Of a DNA stretch of 64,000 bases, positions 55,201-64,000 are shown piece by piece. The translations under genes and the position numbers were made by a program. Positions within the stretch are counted from its first letter, which is position 1. Each line of letters opens with the position of its first letter. The stretch is from positions 164,548,001 through 164,612,000 of the forward strand of contig OZ024742.1 in assembly GCA_964016885.1 (NCBI GenBank), in the 5' to 3' direction. Source of the DNA: Eledone cirrhosa (lineage: Eukaryota). The notes below the pieces were generated by a model, which did not search any database, had not been told where the DNA came from, and saw only the letters and a list, made by a program, of their open reading frames with translations.

Positions 55201-57150
55201 TGATTTTTTTTTACAAATTATCTCCCCCTGATTTTTTTTTACAAATTATCTCCCCCTGATTTTTTTTTACAAATTATCTCCCCCTGATATTTTTTACAAA
55301 TTATCTCCCCCTGATTTTTTTACAAATTATCTCCCCTTGGCTGGCTGGAAATTATCTCCCCTTGGAGGCTGGAATTTATCTCCCCTTGGACGGCTAGAAA
55401 TTACCTCGCCTTGGACGGCTGGAAAATATGTCTCCTTGGACGGCTGGAAATTATCTCCCCTTGGACGGCTGGAAATTATCTCCCCTTGGACAGCTGGAAA
55501 TTATCTCCCCTTGGACGGCTAGATATTACCTCCCCTTGGACGGCTGGAAATTATCTCCCCTTGATTTTTTTTACAAATTATCTCCCCCTGATTTTTTTTT
55601 ACAAATTATCTCCCCCTGATTTTTTTTTACGAATTATCTCCCCCCGATTTTTTTTTACAAATTATCTCCGGCTGATTTTTTTTTAAAAATTATCTCCCCT
55701 TGAACGGCTGGAAATTATCTCCCCTTGGACGGCTGGAAATTATCTCCCCTTGGACGGCTAGAAATTACCTCTCCTTGGACGGCTGAAAATTATCTCCCCT
55801 TGGACGGCTGCAAATTATCTCCCCTTGATTTTTTAACAAATTATCTCCCCCTGATTTTTTTTTACAAATTATCTCCCCCTGATTTTTTTTTACAAATTAT
55901 CTCCCCCTGATTTTTTTTTACAAATTATCTCCCCCTGATTTTTTTACAAATTATCTCCCCCTGATTTTTTTTACAATCTCCGCCTGATTTTTTAAAAAAT
56001 TATCTTCCCTTGGCTGGCGGGAAATTATCTCCCCTTGGACGGCTGGAAATTATCTCCCCTTGGACGGCTGGAAATTATCTCCCCTTGGACAGCTGGAAAT
56101 TATCTGCCCTTGATTTTGTTTTTACAAATTATCTCCCCCTGATTTTTTTTACAAATTATCTCCACCTGATTTTTTAAAAAATTATCTCCCCTTGGACGGC
56201 TGGAAATTATCTCCCCTTGATTTTTTTACAAATTATCTCCCCCTGATTTTTTTTACAAATTATCTCCCCCTGATTTTATGTTACAAATTATCTCCCCCTG
56301 ATTTTTTTACAAATTATCTCCCCCTGATTTTTTTTACAAATTATCTCCGCCTGATTTTTTTAAATATTATCTTCCCTTGGCTGGCGGGAAATTATCTCCC
56401 CTTGGACGGCTGGAAATTATCTCCCCTTGATTTTTTTTACAAATTATCTCCCCCTGATTTTTTTTTACAAATTATCTCCCCCTGATTTTTTTTTACAAAT
56501 TATCTCCCCCTGATTTTTTTTTACAAATCTCCCCCTGATTTTTTTATAAATTATCTCCCCTTGGCTGGCTGGAAATTATCTCCCCTTGGAGGCTGGAATT
56601 TATCTCCCCTTGGACGGCTAGAAATTACCTCTCCTTGGATGGCTGGAAAATATGTCTCCTTGGACGGCTGGATATTATCTACCCTTGGACGGCTGGAAAT
56701 TATCTCCCCTTGGACGGCTGGAAATTATCTCCCCTTGGACGGCTAGATATTACCTCCCATTGGACGGCTGGAAATTATCTCCCCTTGATTTTTTTTACAA
56801 ATTATCTCCCCCTGATTTTTTTTTACGAATTATCTCCGCCTGATTTTTTTTTTAAAATTATCTCCCCTTGAACGGCTGGAAATTATCTCCCCTTGGACGG
56901 CTGGAAATTATCTCCCCTTGGACGGCTAGAAATTACCTCTCCTTGGACGGCTGAAAATTATCTCCCCTTGGACGGCTGCAAATTATCTCCCCTTGATTTT
57001 TTTAACAAATTATCTCCCCCTGATTTTTTTTTACAAATTATCTCCCCCTGATTTTTTTTACAAATTATCTACGCCTAATTTTTTTTACAAATTATCTCCC
57101 CCTGATTTTTTTTTACAAATTATCTCCCCCTGATTTTTTTTACAAATTAT
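49262..57150 (+). repeat. Tandem duplication, unit ~4174 bp (second copy partial, with single-monomer losses)
   Basis: ORF pairs 49436/53610, 49857/54031, 50750/54924 and 51163/55337 (offset 4174); 52414/56561 (offset 4147). Confidence 0.85.
52190..55630 (+). repeat. Long-range copy of ~4790-8230 (offset ~47,396)
   Basis: ORF pairs 5017/52414, 5745/53142, 6214/53610, 6964/54360 and 7941/55337. Shared variants TTGGATGGCT, TTTTATAAA and TCCCATTGGA. Confidence 0.85.
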
Positions 57151-60100
57151 CTCCCCTTGGCTGGCTGGAAATTATCTCCCCTTGGAGGCTGGAATTTATC
57201 TCCCCTTGGACGGTTAGAAATTACCTCTCCTTGGACTGCTGGAAAATATGTCTCCTTGGACGGCTGGAAATTATCTCCCCTTGGACGGCTGGAAATTATC
57301 TCCCCTTGGACGGCTGGAAATTATCTCTCCTCGGACGACTAGAAATTACCTCTCCTTGGACAGCTGAAAATTATCTCCCCTTGGACGGCTGGAAATTATC
57401 TCCCCTTGATTTTTTTTACAAATTATCTCCCCCTGATTTATTTTACAAATTATCTCCCCCTGATTTTTTTTTACAAATTATCTCCCCCTGATTTTTTTTA
57501 CAAATTATCTCCCCCTGATATTTTTTACAAATTATCTCCCCCTGATTTTTTTACAAATTATCTCCCCTTGGCTGGCTGGAAATTATCTACCCTTGGAGGC
57601 TGGAATTTATCTCCCCTTGGACGGCTAGAAATTACCTCGCCTTGGACGGCTGGAAAATATGTCTCCTTGGACGGCTGGAAATTATCTCCCCTTGGACGGC
57701 TGGAAATTATCTCCCCTTGGACGGCTGGAAATTATCTCCCCTTGGACGGCTAGATATTACCTCCCCTTGGACGGCTGGAAATTATCTCCCCTTGATTTTT
57801 TTTACAAATTATCTCCCCCTGATTTTTTTTTACAAATTATCACCCCCTGATTTTTTTTTACGAAGTATCTCCCCCTGATTTTTTTTTACAAATTATCTCC
57901 GCCTGATTTTTTTTTAAAAATTATCTCCCCTTGAACGGCTGGAAATTATCTCCCCTTGGACGGCTGGAAATTATCTCCCCTTGGACGGCTAGAAATTACC
58001 TCTCCTTGGACGGCTGAAAATTATCTCCCATTGGACGGCTGCAAATTATCTCCCCTTGATTTTTTAACAAATTATCTCCCCCTGATTTTTTTTTACAAAT
58101 TATCTCCCCCTGATTTTTTTTTACAAATTATCTACGCCTAATTTTTTTTACAAATTATCTCCCCCTGATTTTTTTTTACAAATTATCTCCCCCTGATTTT
58201 TTTTACAAATTATCTCCCCCTGATTTTTTTTTACAAATTATTTCCCCCTGATTTTTTTACAAATTATCTCCCCCCTGATTTTTTTTACAATCTCCGCCTG
58301 ATTTTTTTAAAAATTATCTTCCCTTGGCTGGCGGGAAATTATCTCCCCTTGGACGGCTGGAAATTATATCCCCTTGGAAGGATGGAAATTATCTCCCCTT
58401 GGACGGCTGGAAATTATCTCCCCTTGGACGGCTGGAAATTATCTCCCCTTGGACAGCTGGAAATTATCTGTCCTTGATTTTGTTTTTACAAATTATCTCC
58501 CCCTGATTTTTTTTACAAATTATCTCCACCTGATTTTTTAAAAAATTATCTCCCCTTGGACGGCTGGAAATTATCTCCCCTTGATTTTTTTTACAAATTA
58601 TCTCCCCCTGATTTTTTTTTACAAATTATCTCCCCCTGATTTTTTTTTACAAATTATCTCCCCCTGATTTTTTTTTACAAATTCTCTCACCCTGATTTTT
58701 TTTACAAATTATCTCTCCCTGATTTTTTTACAAATTATCTCCCCTTGGCTGGCTGGAAATTATCTCCCCTTGGAGGCTGGAATTTATCTCCCCTTGGACG
58801 GCTAGAAATTACCTCTCCTTGGACGGCTGGAAAATATGTCTCCTTGGACGGCTGGATATTATCTACCCTTGGACGGCTGGAAATTATCTCCCCTTGGACG
58901 GCTGGAAATTATCTCCTCTTGGACGGCTAGATATTACCTCCCCTTGGACGGCTGGAAATTATCTCCCCTTGATTTTTTTACAAATTATCTCCCCCTGATT
59001 TTTTTACAAATTATCTCCCCCTGATTTTTTTTACAAATTATCTCCGCCTAATTTTTTTAAATATTATCTTCCCTTGGCTGGCGGGAAATTATCTCCCCTT
59101 GGACGGCTGAAAATTATCTCCCCTTGGACGGCTGGAAATTATCTCCCCTTGATTTTTTTTACAAATTATCTCCCCCTGATTTTTTTTTACAAATTATCTC
59201 CCCCTGATTTTTTTTACAAATTATCTCCCCCTGATTTTTTTACAAATTATCTCCCCTTGGCTGGCTGGAAATTATCTCCCCTTGGAGGCTGGAATTTATC
59301 TCCCCTTGGACGGCTAGAAATTACCTCTCCTTGGAAGGCTGGAAAATATGTCCTTGGACGGCTGGATATTATCTACCCTTGGACGGCTGGAAATTATCTC
59401 CCCTTGGACGGCTGGAAATTATCTCCCCTTGGACGGCTAGATATTACCTCCCCTTGTACGGCTGAAAATTATCTCCCCTTGGACGGCTGGAAATTATCTC
59501 CCCTTGATTTTTTTTACAAATTATCTCCCCCTGATTATTTTTTACAAATTATCCCCTGATTTTTTTTTTACAAATTATCTCCCCCTGATTTTTTTTACAA
59601 ATTATCTCCCCCTGATTTTATGTTACAAATTATCTCCCCCTGATTTTTTTACAAATTATCTCCCCCTGATTTTTTTTACAAATTATCTCCGCCTGATTTT
59701 TTTAAATATTATCTTCCCTTGGCTGGCGGGAAATTATCTCCCCTTGGACGGCTGGAAATTATCTCCCCTTGATTTTTTTTACAAATTATCTCCCCCTGAT
59801 TTTTTTTTACAAATTATCTCCCCCTGATTTTTTTTTACAAATTATCTCCCCCTGATTTTTTTTTACAAATCTCCCCCTGATTTTTTTATAAATTATCTCC
59901 CCTTGGCTGGCTGGAAATTATCTCCCCTTGGAGGCTGGAATTTATCTCCCCTTGGACGGCTAGAAATTACCTCTCCTTGGATGGCTGGAAAATATGTCTC
60001 CTTGGACGGCTGGATATTATCTACCCTTGGACGGCTGGAAATTATCTCCCCTTGGACGGCTGGAAATTATCTCCCCTTGGACGGCTAGATATTACCTCCC

Positions 60101-62955
60101 ATTGGACGGCTGGAAATTATCTCCCCTTGATTTTTTTTACAAATTATCTCCCCCTGATTTTTTTTTACGAATTATCTCCGCCTGATTTTTTTTTTAAAAT
60201 TATCTCCCCTTGAACGGCTGGAAATTATCTCCCCTTGGACGGCTGGAAATTATCTCCCCTTGGACGGCTAGAAATTACCTCTCCTTGGACGGCTGAAAAT
60301 TATCTCCCCTTGGACGGCTGCAAATTATCTCCCCTTGATTTTTTTAACAAATTATCTCCCCCTGATTTTTTTTTACAAATTATCTCCCCCTGATTTTTTT
60401 TACAAATTATCTACGCCTAATTTTTTTTACAAATTATCTCCCCCTGATTTTTTTTTACAAATTATCTCCCCCTGATTTTTTTTACAAATTATCTCCCCTT
60501 GGCTGGCTGGAAATTATCTCCCCTTGGAGGCTGGAATTTATCTCCCCTTGGACGGTTAGAAATTACCTCTCCTTGGACTGCTGGAAAATATGTCTCCTTG
60601 GACGGCTGGAAATTATCTCCCCTTGGACGGCTGGAAATTATCTCCCCTTGGACGGCTGGAAATTATCTCTCCTCGGACGACTAGAAATTACCTCTCCTTG
60701 GACAGCTGAAAATTATCTCCCCTTGGACGGCTGGAAATTATCTCCCCTTGATTTTTTTTACAAATTATCTCCCCCTGATTTATTTTACAAATTATCTCCC
60801 CCTGATTTTTTTTTACAAATTATCTCCCCCTGATTTTTTTTACAAATTATCTCCCCCTGATATTTTTTACAAATTATCTCCCCCTGATTTTTTTACAAAT
60901 TATCTCCCCTTGGCTGGCTGGAAATTATCTACCCTTGGAGGCTGGAATTTATCTCCCCTTGGACGGCTAGAAATTACCTCGCCTTGGACGGCTGGAAAAT
61001 ATGTCTCCTTGGACGGCTGGAAATTATCTCCCCTTGGACGGCTGGAAATTATCTCCCCTTGGACGGCTGGAAATTATCTCCCCTTGGACGGCTAGATATT
61101 ACCTCCCCTTGGACGGCTGGAAATTATCTCCCCTTGATTTTTTTTACAAATTATCTCCCCCTGATTTTTTTTTACAAATTATCACCCCCTGATTTTTTTT
61201 TACGAAGTATCTCCCCCTGATTTTTTTTTACAAATTATCTCCGCCTGATTTTTTTTAAAAAATTATCTCCCCTTGAACGGCTGGAAATTATCTCCCCTTG
61301 GACGGCTGGAAATTATCTCCCCTTGGACGGCTAGAAATTACCTCTCCTTGGACGGCTGAAAATTATCTCCCATTGGACGGCTGCAAATTATCTCCCCTTG
61401 ATTTTTTAACAAATTATCTCCCCCTGATTTTTTTTTACAAATTATCTCCCCCTGATTTTTTTTTACAAATTATCTACGCCTAATTTTTTTTACAAATTAT
61501 CTCCCCCTGATTTTTTTTTACAAATTATCTCCCCCTGATTTTTTTTACAAATTATCTCCCCCTGATTTTTTTTTACAAATTATTTCCCCCTGATTTTTTT
61601 ACAAATTATCTCCCCCCTGATTTTTTTTACAATCTCCGCCTGATTTTTTTAAAAATTATCTTCCCTTGGCTGGCGGGAAATTATCTCCCCTTGGACGGCT
61701 GGAAATTATATCCCCTTGGAAGGATGGAAATTATCTCCCCTTGGACGGCTGGAAATTATCTCCCCTTGGACGGCTGGAAATTATCTCCCCTTGGACAGCT
61801 GGAAATTATCTGTCCTTGATTTTGTTTTTACAAATTATCTCCCCCTGATTTTTTTTACAAATTATCTCCACCTGATTTTTTAAAAAATTATCTCCCCTTG
61901 GACGGCTGGAAATTATCTCCCCTTGATTTTTTTTACAAATTATCTCCCCCTGATTTTTTTTTACAAATTATCTCCCCCTGATTTTTTTTTACAAATTATC
62001 TCCCCCTGATTTTTTTTTACAAATTCTCTCACCCTGATTTTTTTTACAAATTATCTCTCCCTGATTTTTTTACAAATTATCTCCCCTTGGCTGGCTGGAA
62101 ATTATCTCCCCTTGGAGGCTGGAATTTATCTCCCCTTGGACGGCTAGAAATTACCTCTCCTTGGACGGCTGGAAAATATGTCTCCTTGGACGGCTGGATA
62201 TTATCTACCCTTGGACGGCTGGAAATTATCTCCCCTTGGACGGCTGGAAATTATCTCCTCTTGGACGGCTAGATATTACCTCCCCTTGGACGGCTGGAAA
62301 TTATCTCCCCTTGATTTTTTTACAAATTATCTCCCCCTGATTTTTTTACAAATTATCTCCCCCTGATTTTTTTTACAAATTATCTCCGCCTAATTTTTTT
62401 AAATATTATCTTCCCTTGGCTGGCGGGAAATTATCTCCCCTTGGACGGCTGAAAATTATCTCCCCTTGGACGGCTGGAAATTATCTCCCCTTGATTTTTT
62501 TTACAAATTATCTCCCCCTGATTTTTTTTTACAAATTATCTCCCCCTGATTTTTTTTACAAATTATCTCCCCCTGATTTTTTTACAAATTATCTCCCCTT
62601 GGCTGGCTGGAAATTATCTCCCCTTGGAGGCTGGAATTTATCTCCCCTTGGACGGCTAGAAATTACCTCTCCTTGGAAGGCTGGAAAATATGTCCTTGGA
62701 CGGCTGGATATTATCTACCCTTGGACGGCTGGAAATTATCTCCCCTTGGACGGCTGGAAATTATCTCCCCTTGGACGGCTAGATATTACCTCCCCTTGTA
62801 CGGCTGAAAATTATCTCCCCTTGGACGGCTGGAAATTATCTCCCCTTGATTTTTTTTACAAATTATCTCCCCCTGATTATTTTTTACAAATTATCCCCTG
62901 ATTTTTTTTTTACAAATTATCTCCCCCTGATTTTTTTTACAAATTATCTCCCCCT
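56230..62955 (+). repeat. Tandem duplication, unit 3342 bp x2
   Basis: ORF pairs 56561/59903, 57157/60499, 58324/61666 and 59074/62416. Private variants shared between copies: ATCACCCC (~57840/~61182), ATTCTCTCAC (58681/62023), CTTGTACG (~59453/~62795). Confidence 0.92.
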
Positions 62956-64000
62956 GATTTTTTTACAAATTATCTCCCCTTGGCTGGCTGGAAATTATCT
63001 CCCATTGGAGGCTGGAATTTATCTCCCCTTGGACGGTTAGAAATTACCTCCCCTTGGACGGCTGGAAAATATGTCTCCTTGGACGGCTGGAAATTATCGC
63101 CCCTTGGATGGCTGGAAATTATCTCCCCTTGGACGGCTGGAAATTATCTCTCATCGGACGGCTAGAAATTACCTCTCCTTGGACAGCTGAAAATTATCTC
63201 CCCTTGGACGGCTGGAAATTATCTCCCCTTGATTTTTTTTACAAATTATCTCCCCCTGATTTTTTTTTACAAATTATCTCCCCCTAATTTTTTTTTACAA
63301 ATTATCTCCCCCTGATTTTTTTTTACAAATTATCTCCCCCTGATATTTTTTACAAATTATCTCCCCCTGATTTTTTTACAAATTATCTCCCCTTGGCTGG
63401 CTGGAAATTATCTCCCCTTGGAGGCTGGAATTTATCTCCCCTTGGACGGCTAGAAATTACCTCGCCTTGGACGGCTGGAAAATATGTCTCCTTGGACGGC
63501 TGGAAATTATCTCCCCTTGGACGGCTGGAAATTATCTCCCCTTGGACAGCTGGAAATTATCTCCCCTTGGACGGCTAGATATTACCTCCCCTTGGACGGC
63601 TGGAAATTATCTCCCCTTGATTTTTTTTACAAATTATCTCCCCCTGATTTTTTTTTACAAATTATCTCCCCCTGATTTTTTTTTACGAATTATCTCCCCC
63701 CGATTTTTTTTTACAAATTACCTCCGCCTGATTTTTTTTTAAAAATTATCTCCCCTTGAACGGCTGGAAATTATCTCCCCTTGGACGGCTGGAAATTATC
63801 TCCCCTTGGACGGCTAGAAATTACCTCTCCTTGGACGGCTGAAAATTATCTCCCCTTGGACGGCTGCAAATTATCTCCCCTTGATTTTTTAACAAATTAT
63901 CTCCCCCTGATTTTTTTTTACAAATTATCTCCCCCTGATTTTTTTTTACAAATTATCTCCCCCTGATTTTTTTTTACAAATTATCTCCCCCTGATTTTTT

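Larger units (their letters stand above)
1..64000 (+). repeat. Composite satellite DNA array of two interleaved monomer types (25-bp A and ~26-29-bp B) sharing the core AAATTATCTCCCC(T/C)TG; runs off both window ends
   Basis: The core recurs every ~21-29 bp from the first line to the last, always in the same orientation. I saw no non-repeat insertion. All ORF translations are built from the same few peptides (GWKLSPL, RLEIISPW, AGNYLPL, DFFYKLSPP). Confidence 0.99.

Noticed and set aside
28-63966. The plus-strand ORFs of 60-248 aa as protein-coding genes
   Set aside because: They are overlapping three-frame translations of the repeat, mostly starting at TTG. The consensus A monomer simply lacks a plus-strand stop, and 25 bp is not a multiple of 3. 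T-tract length changes shift frames freely. The minus strand has TAA (AGATAA) in nearly every monomer, which explains the absence of ORFs there.
1-64000. CRISPR array (constant repeat plus variable spacer)
   Set aside because: The segments between cores are only ~9-13 bp and fall into two recurring classes rather than unique spacers. There is no leader or cas gene.
1-64000. Telomerase-type telomeric repeat (some yeasts have ~25-bp units)
   Set aside because: Two monomer types, ordered cassettes and kb-scale duplications over at least 64 kb indicate recombinational amplification rather than templated addition. A subtelomeric location cannot be excluded.
1-64000. Canonical G-quadruplex array on the minus strand (GGGG/GGGGG in each monomer)
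   Set aside because: The G-runs are separated by more than 20 nt, far beyond canonical loop lengths, so stable G4 formation is not supported.
1-64000. Pure sequencing artefact or synthetic concatemer
   Set aside because: Hierarchically shared variants and nested duplications look like natural satellite evolution. Individual copy numbers could still be mis-assembled.

Overview
The whole 64 kb window is one uninterrupted, single-orientation satellite DNA array of roughly 2,400-2,500 monomers (estimated as 64 kb divided by about 26 bp). I found no credible genes, RNA genes, CRISPR array or unique sequence. Two monomer types share the core AAATTATCTCCCC(T/C)TG. Type A is 25 bp (AAATTATCTCCCCTTGGACGGCTGG). 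Type B is about 26-29 bp (AAATTATCTCCCCCTGA-T7..10-AC). They alternate in runs. The A-runs are ordered cassettes of position-specific variant monomers. These cassettes build kilobase-scale higher-order repeats (HORs): a ~10.44 kb unit in three copies (10.9-47.6 kb), nested tandem duplications of 3116, 1617, 815, ~4174 and 3342 bp, and dispersed copies at offsets of 7342 and ~47,396 bp. All listed ORFs are translation artefacts of the repeat. The likely setting is eukaryotic heterochromatin or (peri)centromere, which is an inference. Offsets come from the ORF track plus by-eye checks, and boundaries are approximate. I did not find a novel protein-coding system; the interest lies in the repeat architecture.
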